Notes under the pieces: generated by a model
Seen by the model: the letters and a program-made list of their open reading frames with translations, nothing else
Database searches by the model: none
What the model was told of the DNA's origin: nothing
Part shown: positions 57,253-64,000 of the stretch, in pieces
Position numbering within the stretch: the stretch's first letter is position 1
Layout: the number at the start of each line of letters is the position of its first letter
NCBI GenBank assembly: GCA_964434605.1
Contig: CAYSVM010000002.1
Location: forward strand, 64,047-128,046
Length of the DNA stretch: 64,000 bases
Direction: 5' to 3'
Origin: an uncultured Candidatus Saccharibacteria bacterium
Lineage (GTDB): Bacteria; Patescibacteriota; Kazan-3B-28
Made by a program: the position numbers and the translations under genes

Positions 57253-60087
57253 TTAGCTACATCCCGTAGTTGTCCCACATTCACGACAAGAATAACAAGT
57301 TCCATTTCTCACCATCAACGCTCCGCAAGTAGGACAAGGTGGAGCACTACTTTCTCTTACATCCCCATTCTTATCTGCCACCATATCCAACGACGTCTGT
57401 ACCGGCATTGGTTTTGGTGTTTCTTGCGCTAACGCTGCGCTTAGTCCATTGGTGTTGGTAATATCTGACTGTTCCAAAGATCTTGCCACGTCTTCTCCAA
57501 TGATTCCCATTAGAACTTGTTGCTCTACTGAAAGATAGTGGCGACCAACCCACCGTGCAATATAGTCGGGAATAGACTTTGCGAACGGAATATCCATATC
57601 ATCCGTGGATCCCCATGGTTCAAATCGCATATTGAGAAGCGAATCTACCAGCGATTCTACAGATTCTCCTCTTTGCAATGCTTTAGACAAAAGTCTTGCT
57701 AATGTATCCATGAGACCAGAAAAGGCCGAACCTTCCCTTGCAGTCTTCAGGAAGATCTCTCCCAAGCGACCATCCGAATAGTGGTTAGCTGTAATATAGA
57801 CTTTATGATTCCCCACCACAAAGCTATGAGTAAGTCCGCGCCTAGTCTTTGGCATATCCGTTTCTTGTAATTCCAACAAGGCTCCTGAATCCGGTTCTTT
57901 CTCCTCTTCCTTTTTCTTTACCGTTAGTGGTTGAGATGCTTTGCAGTTATCCCTATACAATGCCAATGCCTTAATTCCCTTCTTCCACGCTTCTATGTAA
58001 ATCTGCTCAATTTCTTCAACCGTAGTTTCTTCAGGCATATTTACTGTCTTGCTAATTGCACCACTAAGAAACGGTTGGACTGCTGCCATCATTTCGACAT
58101 GAGCCATTGGCCGAATAAACCGCACTCCCTTGCCCACCCTACTAGCACAATCGAATATGGGAAGATGTTCTTCGCGCAAATGTGGAGCTCCTTCGGCAGT
58201 TCCGTTTTCTAGAATATAATCATTAATCTCTTTCGCTTCAGTTTGGTTGTAACCTAAATGTTCCAAAGCCGCCCCTACTGAATGATTTACAATAGAATAC
58301 CCTCCACCACCAGCTAACTTCTTGTACTTCACTAAAGCAAAGTCTGGTTCAATACCAGTTGTATCTGCATCCATTAGAGGACCAATCGTGCCTGTTGGTG
58401 CCAACACCGTTACCTGTGCATTTCTGTATCCATGTTTTTCCCCTAAACTATTTGCTTCATCCCAATCCTGTTTAGTTGCCATAAGTAAACTAGATTCTAG
58501 ATTGTCTGCATCTATGGAATATGCCGCATCTTTATGCATCTTTATTGCTCCCAACATAGATTCACGATTGGGAGTAAATGAATTGAAAGCACCTAATCTC
58601 TTGGCAATTCTTGCCGACTGCGCATATGCCCTTCCTGTCATTATTCCTGTCATTGCTGCCGCCAAAACCCTTCCCTTATCTGAATCGTAAGGCATTCCCA
58701 CTCGCATAAGATATGCTCCCAAATTGGCATATCCCAATCCCAATGGACGATATTCATGAGAATTTTGAGCAATTATTTTTCCTGGATAAGAAGAAAAATC
58801 CACTAAAATTTCTTGCGCAGTTATCATAATATCTACCGTATGACGATAACTATCCACATCAAAACTTCCATCTTCTTTCAGATATTTCACTAGATTTATT
58901 GAAGCCAAGTTACACGCAGAATCATCCAGGAACATATATTCGCTACAAGGATTACTCGCATTTATCCGACCACTCACCTTGCAAGTATTCCATCTGTTAA
59001 TAGTGGTGTCGTATTGCATCCCAGGATCGGCGCATCGCCAAGCTGCCTGGCTAATCTCTCGCATAATCTGCCGTGCCGGAAGAGTCCTCACAATCTCTCC
59101 TGTAGTTACAGCCCTTAAATCCCAATTACCTCCATCTAGATATGCTTGCATGAATTCGTCACTCACTCTTACTGAATTATTCGAATTCTGTCCTCCCACT
59201 GTTTGGTAAGCTTCACCGTTGAAGTCAGAAGGAAGTCCTCCGTCTTCGATCAAAATCTTTGCCTTGTCTTCTTCTCTGGCCTTCCAACGAATAAATTCAA
59301 TAATCTCTGGATGATCCACATTGAGAATCACCATCTTTGCTGCTCTCCTGGTAGTCCCACCCGACTTAGTTGCACCAGCACCGGAATCAAAAACCTTTAG
59401 AAAAGATAAAACACCGGAAGAAGTTCCACCCCCCGAAAGCCGCTCATACTTGGATCTAAGCGGAGAAAAATTAGTTCCCGAACCACTACCGTATTTAAAT
59501 AGTTGTGATTCTTTCTTTAGTAAATCAAAGATGTCCGTAAGATCATCCCTGATCGATTGAATAAAACAAGCTGACGCCTGCGGATGTTCATATGCATTAA
59601 CCGCTGACTCAACCTGCTTCGTCTCTGAATTCCAATGCCAATTCTGTGAATTACCAGTAATTCCATATTCGTGGAACAAACCAACATTAAACCAAACTGG
59701 AGAATTAAAAGCTGCCCGTTGAGTCATTAAAATATATTTCAGCTCGTCTTCAAAAGCGTTTGCTTCATCCTTACCTACCAAGTATCCCAATTGTTCTCCT
59801 CCTTTTCTAATCGTATGCGCAACCCGACACACCAATTGCTTAATAGAAGTCTCCATTCCTTCTGGTGCACCTACTCCCCGCTTACGCAAATACTTGTAAG
59901 CCGCAATGGTAACTGCTGTTTCGGACCAGTCTACCGGTGCCTCTACGTCTCTATCCAGTAACATTGTTCCATCGGTATCTTTCAAGCTAACCCGCCTCGT
60001 TCCCCATTCCGTCATGCCAAAGACATCCTCGCCCACCCGAGTAAAATACCGAGCTACTAGCCCCCTTTCCCCTTTCGTTTCCTCCAT
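57253..60087 (-). CDS. nrdJ: Adenosylcobalamin-dependent ribonucleoside-diphosphate/triphosphate reductase (class II, NrdJ) with C-terminal zinc ribbon
   Basis: N-terminal ATP-cone-less class II core (NSPVWFNVG, active-site Cys and CSEY region) and a C-terminal CPTCG...CYSCRECG zinc finger. Confidence 0.9.
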   Translation of the reverse strand: MEETKGERGLVARYFTRVGEDVFGMTEWGTRRVSLKDTDGTMLLDRDVEAPVDWSETAVTIAAYKYLRKRGVGAPEGMETSIKQLVCRVAHTIRKGGEQLGYLVGKDEANAFEDELKYILMTQRAAFNSPVWFNVGLFHEYGITGNSQNWHWNSETKQVESAVNAYEHPQASACFIQSIRDDLTDIFDLLKKESQLFKYGSGSGTNFSPLRSKYERLSGGGTSSGVLSFLKVFDSGAGATKSGGTTRRAAKMVILNVDHPEIIEFIRWKAREEDKAKILIEDGGLPSDFNGEAYQTVGGQNSNNSVRVSDEFMQAYLDGGNWDLRAVTTGEIVRTLPARQIMREISQAAWRCADPGMQYDTTINRWNTCKVSGRINASNPCSEYMFLDDSACNLASINLVKYLKEDGSFDVDSYRHTVDIMITAQEILVDFSSYPGKIIAQNSHEYRPLGLGYANLGAYLMRVGMPYDSDKGRVLAAAMTGIMTGRAYAQSARIAKRLGAFNSFTPNRESMLGAIKMHKDAAYSIDADNLESSLLMATKQDWDEANSLGEKHGYRNAQVTVLAPTGTIGPLMDADTTGIEPDFALVKYKKLAGGGGYSIVNHSVGAALEHLGYNQTEAKEINDYILENGTAEGAPHLREEHLPIFDCASRVGKGVRFIRPMAHVEMMAAVQPFLSGAISKTVNMPEETTVEEIEQIYIEAWKKGIKALALYRDNCKASQPLTVKKKEEEKEPDSGALLELQETDMPKTRRGLTHSFVVGNHKVYITANHYSDGRLGEIFLKTAREGSAFSGLMDTLARLLSKALQRGESVESLVDSLLNMRFEPWGSTDDMDIPFAKSIPDYIARWVGRHYLSVEQQVLMGIIGEDVARSLEQSDITNTNGLSAALAQETPKPMPVQTSLDMVADKNGDVRESSAPPCPTCGALMVRNGTCYSCRECGTTTGCS

Positions 60088-60096
60088 ATTCAGTTA

Positions 60097-60573
60097 TTAT
60101 TTATTTACTTTTATATCTTTTTCCTTTTCGATCATTCTTTTGATTTCTTTATCAAACGTTTCTAAATCTCTAAACTTCCGATACACTGCAGCAAAACGAA
60201 TGTATGCTACTCCATCTATTTGTTCCAACTTTTTAATCACCACTTCACCTACATCGGAAGAGTTTACTTCTTCTCTGTTCAACTCATATATTTCTCGTTC
60301 AATATCATCGATAAGTTTTTCAATCTCTGCTGCAGGTAAAGGTCTTTTGTGAAATGCTTTGTAAATTCCTGCTGCCATTTTTTCTCGTTCAAAAAGTTCC
60401 CTTGTCCCATCTCTTTTCACCACCATCAGTCGTGGCTGTTCTACTCGCTCATAAGTAGTAAAACGAAATTGGCATTTCGGACATTCTCTTCTCCTTCTCA
60501 CAATTGCGTTATCATCCGCTTCTCGCGAATCAACTACTACGCTGTCTAAATCACCACACTGTGGACACCGCAT
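60097..60573 (-). CDS. nrdR: Transcriptional repressor NrdR
   Basis: MRCPQCG...CPKCQ zinc ribbon followed by an ATP-cone. Confidence 0.9.
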   Translation of the reverse strand: MRCPQCGDLDSVVVDSREADDNAIVRRRRECPKCQFRFTTYERVEQPRLMVVKRDGTRELFEREKMAAGIYKAFHKRPLPAAEIEKLIDDIEREIYELNREEVNSSDVGEVVIKKLEQIDGVAYIRFAAVYRKFRDLETFDKEIKRMIEKEKDIKVNK

Positions 60574-60738
60574 AGGTTTAGCACATTATCTTGTGTATGT
60601 AAGACTAATAATACCGCTATATCTTGTGCCGCCCCAAAAACCGCTCCCATACTATTTATCCTTTCCTTTTATCCCCACCCATCTCTAGCTACAACAAAGC
60701 CCCGTCCTGAAAACGGGGCCTTGTCAACTTTAATCTTT

Positions 60739-61845
60739 CTACTTAATCTTCTTTCGAATGAATGCTGGAACATCTAGTTCATCTCTTTCATCTTCTCTGG
60801 AATGCTCCGTTTTTACTACCGCTGGTTTAGCCTCCATCTTTCTTCTTTGGATGTAGGATTCATCAAATCCCGTTGCAATAACGGTAATCTTAATTTCGCC
60901 CTGCATCGCTTCATCTACAACTGCACCAAAGATAATGTTAGCATCTCCATCCGAAGCTTCAGTAATTACTCGTGCCGCTTCATCAATCTCATACATCGAC
61001 ATGTCTGGTCCACCAGTAATATTAAACAGAATTCCCTTTGCTCCATCAATGGACAATTCCAACAACGGACTATCGATTGCCATCTTCGCAGCTTCCAATG
61101 CACGATTATCTCCAGTACCACGTCCAATTCCCATCAAGGCACTTCCCGCATTCTGCATGATTGTCTTCACGTCAGCAAAGTCGACGTTAATCATTCCATG
61201 CATCGTGATAAGATCCGAAATACCTTGCACACCTTGGCGGAGAATATCATCTACCACCGTGAAAGCATCATATAGTGATGTTTTCTTATCGATTACTTGT
61301 AGTAGTCGATCGTTAGGAATAGTGATAAGAGTATCCACTCTGCTTTGCAGTTCCTGGATACCTTCTTCACCTACCCGCTTACGCCGCATTCCCTCGAACG
61401 AGAACGGTTTTGTTACTACCGCCACCGTCAGTGCACCCAATTCGCGAGCGATTTCCGCCACGATTGGAGCCGCACCAGTTCCGGTGCCACCGCCCATGCC
61501 GCAGGTTACAAAAACCATATCGGCATCTTTCAGAGCGGTGTAGATAGCTTCCTTATCCTCTTCCGCTGACTTCCGTCCCAGCTCAGGGTCCGAGCCGGCG
61601 CCAAGACCACGGGTAGTGGTTTGGCCAATCTGAACCCTAACAGGTGCATCGTTGTGATGCAAATCCTGTGCGTCTGTGTTTACCGCGACGAATTCTACCC
61701 CTTTGATTCTGGACTGAATCATTCGATTCACCGCGTGGCAGCCAGAGCCGCCCACACCGACAACCTTAATTCGTGCAAACACATCGGCTTCTTCGAAAGA
61801 ATCCGATGTAATGTTCGCACTCATGGTCCGTTTTTTGGTTGCCAT
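60739..61845 (-). CDS. ftsZ: Cell division GTPase FtsZ
   Basis: [17 protein letters not shown] and [10 protein letters not shown] tubulin signature. Start at MATKKRT with AAGGA 5 nt upstream; the ORF-track start is too long. Confidence 0.95.
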   Translation of the reverse strand: MATKKRTMSANITSDSFEEADVFARIKVVGVGGSGCHAVNRMIQSRIKGVEFVAVNTDAQDLHHNDAPVRVQIGQTTTRGLGAGSDPELGRKSAEEDKEAIYTALKDADMVFVTCGMGGGTGTGAAPIVAEIARELGALTVAVVTKPFSFEGMRRKRVGEEGIQELQSRVDTLITIPNDRLLQVIDKKTSLYDAFTVVDDILRQGVQGISDLITMHGMINVDFADVKTIMQNAGSALMGIGRGTGDNRALEAAKMAIDSPLLELSIDGAKGILFNITGGPDMSMYEIDEAARVITEASDGDANIIFGAVVDEAMQGEIKITVIATGFDESYIQRRKMEAKPAVVKTEHSREDERDELDVPAFIRKKIK

Positions 61846-61924
61846 TATCCTTACTTCGACCTCCCTTAACAAAAATAATATATCTGTGGTAAACAAAAGT
61901 TTACAACCAAACATTGTACAAACC

Positions 61925-61948
61925 GTAGTTTGACATTGTCAAACTACG
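61925..61948. promoter_or_regulatory. 24-bp perfect palindrome cgtagtttgaca|t|tgtcaaactacg overlapping a TTGACA -35 upstream of ftsZ
   Basis: Exact dyad in the ftsA-ftsZ intergenic region. On the minus strand TTGACA-18-TACAAT follows, so the dyad overlaps the putative ftsZ promoter. Confidence 0.4.
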
Positions 61949-61988
61949 TACTCTCCTCCAACCCTGCAAATCCACAACTAGTGCAGAT

Positions 61989-63209
61989 TTATTTGGTGAA
62001 GATATTTTTTATCCGAGAAACGATAGCCGAAAAGTCCAGCGCCGAAAAATTATTCTGGCTATCATCCTCGTCCATACCCCACAGCATGCATCCGATAGCG
62101 GTCGCGAACCGGGGGTCATCCAACTTGTCAACCATCCCCTTAAGCTCTACTGGGAAACCCAGTTGTGTAGGAAGACCTAGGTGACTTTTGGCTGATTCTA
62201 CAATCCCGGCCAACTTTGCCCCTCCGCCCACCAACACCGCTCCGGCTGGTAATACGCCGTCGCGACCGACTTTACGTAACTCTGACTTGATCATCAAAAA
62301 CAATTCCGCCAATCTTGCCTCAATAATATCTGCAACATATCTACGCGAAACTATTTGCTCCTCATCCCTATCCATTTTGGATAAATCTATCGTGTCTTTG
62401 TCTGACAGCATAATTGGACTTGCCACTCCATATTCCAGTTTTACTTTCTCTGCAGTATCCAATCCAATCCGAAGTCCAATGGCGATATCATGAGTCAGAT
62501 GATCCGAACCGATCGGCAATACCGCCGCATGGTAAATCCCACCTTCTTCAAACACCACCATTCCTGTAGTATTTGCCCCAATGTCTATTAGCACTACTCC
62601 CAACTCCTTTTGTTTCTTGGAAAGCACCGCCTTAGCTGCAGCCAGTGGCGCCAAAACAAAACCAGCTACCGATACCCCTGCCTGCTCTGCTGTCTTTCTA
62701 ATATTTTTTATAAAAGGAGTCGAACCGGTAACCACATGAGCATCCACTTCCAACCTTACTCCCGACATTCCCACTGGATCCTTGATCCCATCCTGTCCGT
62801 CTACGGTATAAGATTTTGGAATAATATGCAGAATCTCACGATTCACCGACATTGGGACTGATTGCGCTACTTCCCGCACTCGTATTACATCTTCGTAAGT
62901 AATTTCTTCTCTTCCACGAGTAATAGTAACAAGACCCTTGTTATTAGTTGCATTAATATGCTCACCAACAATAGAAATATACACCGCCTCTGCAGGTAAT
63001 CCTGCCATACGTTCTGCTTCCTCTATCGAAGCAGCAATTGCTGATACCGCTTCTTCAACATCTGTCACCACACCCTTGCGCATTCCCGAACCATTCCGAA
63101 TACTCACTCCAACTACGCTGGGATATGTTTCTCCTTCGGCGCGGTGTCCGATTATCGTCACCACCTTCGAATCACCGATATCTATGCCAACAGAAATCTT
63201 CTCTTTCAT
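61989..63209 (-). CDS. ftsA: Cell division protein FtsA
   Basis: Actin-fold phosphate-1 motif VGIDIGDSKV, adenosine and phosphate-2 motifs, and a C-terminal amphipathic tail. Confidence 0.9.
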   Translation of the reverse strand: MKEKISVGIDIGDSKVVTIIGHRAEGETYPSVVGVSIRNGSGMRKGVVTDVEEAVSAIAASIEEAERMAGLPAEAVYISIVGEHINATNNKGLVTITRGREEITYEDVIRVREVAQSVPMSVNREILHIIPKSYTVDGQDGIKDPVGMSGVRLEVDAHVVTGSTPFIKNIRKTAEQAGVSVAGFVLAPLAAAKAVLSKKQKELGVVLIDIGANTTGMVVFEEGGIYHAAVLPIGSDHLTHDIAIGLRIGLDTAEKVKLEYGVASPIMLSDKDTIDLSKMDRDEEQIVSRRYVADIIEARLAELFLMIKSELRKVGRDGVLPAGAVLVGGGAKLAGIVESAKSHLGLPTQLGFPVELKGMVDKLDDPRFATAIGCMLWGMDEDDSQNNFSALDFSAIVSRIKNIFTK

Positions 63210-63261
63210 AACAATGAAAACCTGCTCCTATTCTAACTGATAAGGCTAGGATGACAATTGC

Positions 63262-63720
63262 CTAATCTGATAAAACCATATTTACCACCTCATCTTCCAG
63301 CTTCTCCATCCTTTTAGTCGCCTTTGGGTCAGGATGATGAATTCCTGCTAAATGAAGAAGTCCGTGAGTAAATAACTGAACAAATCTTTCTTTTGGTAAA
63401 ACTTTTTGTGCTTTAGTTTCCCGAATAAGTTCTGCTCTTGAAATAAAAATATCTCCTAAATAATTTTTGTCATCCACCGTCCTTAGCTCCTTGGGTGTCG
63501 ATTCCAAGTAATCAAAAGTTAAGATGTTTGTTGACTCATCTTTCCCTCGATACTTCTTATTCAACTCTTTCATCCGCTTGTCCATTGCCAAAACCAAACC
63601 CACTTCACTTTCGGGATCAAGTTTTGTCATACTTATTACTACATCAAAAACAAATTGGATGAGTTCGTTATCCACTCCATCCAGACCATAAGTATCGTAT
63701 CCGACATATACTTTTGCCAT
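63262..63720 (-). CDS. ybeY: Endoribonuclease YbeY
   Basis: HGLLHLAGIHH zinc-binding motif (HxxxHxxGxxH). Confidence 0.85.
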   Translation of the reverse strand: MAKVYVGYDTYGLDGVDNELIQFVFDVVISMTKLDPESEVGLVLAMDKRMKELNKKYRGKDESTNILTFDYLESTPKELRTVDDKNYLGDIFISRAELIRETKAQKVLPKERFVQLFTHGLLHLAGIHHPDPKATKRMEKLEDEVVNMVLSD

Positions 63721-63722
63721 AC

Positions 63723-64000
63723 CTATATTCTTTCTTCCAAAAACATCTTTATTGCATCTTCCAAAACAGGTCGGACTCTACCTTCTGCAAGCATCTGATT
63801 TAGCTCTCCAGGACTGTAAAATCTAATCTCATCTAACTCTTCTGTACTCGCAACTGGTTCACCCACAGATGCCTTAACTCTGATTACCAACAAAATTTCA
63901 TTCCTCTTTGTATTCTGCCTAACTAAGACAGGCTTCAGTTCGCTTTCTTTTTCCACCGTTAGCCCAATTTCTTCTTGCGCTTCTCGGATAATTGATTCAT
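63723..64000 (-). CDS. NUDIX hydrolase, C-terminal part (N-terminus beyond window edge)
   Basis: Reading frame is open to the window edge; IIREAQEEIGL is the tail of a NUDIX box (RExxEExGl). Confidence 0.5.
   Translation of the reverse strand, partial: ESIIREAQEEIGLTVEKESELKPVLVRQNTKRNEILLVIRVKASVGEPVASTEELDEIRFYSPGELNQMLAEGRVRPVLEDAIKMFLEERI

Noticed and set aside
1-64000. CRISPR arrays, transposases, integrases or rRNA genes
   Set aside because: No short regularly spaced direct repeats, no DDE or tyrosine-recombinase-like ORFs and no rRNA-like sequence were seen. The only tandem repeats are inside the LPxTG gene.
1-64000. Alternative genetic code (UGA recoding)
   Set aside because: Conserved genes are intact with standard stops, and an RF2 gene is present.

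Overview
This 64-kb window is almost entirely housekeeping and cell-envelope genes from a low-GC, gene-dense bacterial chromosome, with coding heavily biased to the minus strand. I see no rRNA, CRISPR array or obvious transposase. The composition and the reduced operon content (no pyrH, cdsA or dxr in the rpsB operon) fit a small-genome lineage such as a CPR/Patescibacteria-like organism, but this is inference only.

Recognisable blocks, in window order:
- **1-6.3 kb:** recR-ybaB, a membrane cyclophilin, dnaB and dnaX.
- **8.3-25.8 kb:** a complete division and cell-wall (dcw) cluster: mraZ-rsmH-ftsL-ftsI-murF-mraY ... murD-ftsW-murG-(sortase-like)-murC-ftsQ. It is interrupted by a beta-CASP RNase, a bactofilin-like membrane protein, a TspO, a sigma-70 factor and a foreign-looking plus-strand ORF.
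- **26.9-33.9 kb:** glyQS-rplI-ctpA-(M23/EnvC-like)-ftsX-ftsE-prfB.
- **33.9-37.4 kb:** an LPxTG surface protein with tandem Ig-like repeats, and a GC-rich PKD-domain lipoprotein that is clearly foreign in composition.
- **37.9-45.2 kb:** secA with an upstream excisionase-family HTH gene, then serS and lysS.
- **46.1-51.3 kb:** greA-folD-rseP-uppS-frr-tsf-rpsB plus one tRNA, tRNA-Val(CAC).
- **51.3-64 kb:** lepB, rplU, ileS (type 2), an NYN-domain gene, class II ribonucleotide reductase nrdJ with nrdR, ftsZ-ftsA, ybeY and a partial NUDIX gene.

The observations most worth a second look are:
- a sortase-fold gene inside the dcw cluster whose catalytic Cys appears replaced by Ser, next to an LPPTG-terminated surface protein;
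- several plus-strand, GC-richer islands inserted into the minus-strand backbone (6.3-8.3 kb, 14.9-15.3 kb, 35.8-37.5 kb, 45.2-45.9 kb);
- a structured leader upstream of lysS ending in an intrinsic terminator, a candidate attenuator;
- a small arginine-rich ORF downstream of lysS that may be a divergent S21;
- perfect palindromes positioned as operators upstream of ftsZ and upstream of the HTH-secA pair.

All calls come from reading the translated ORFs and the DNA by eye. No database search was run.
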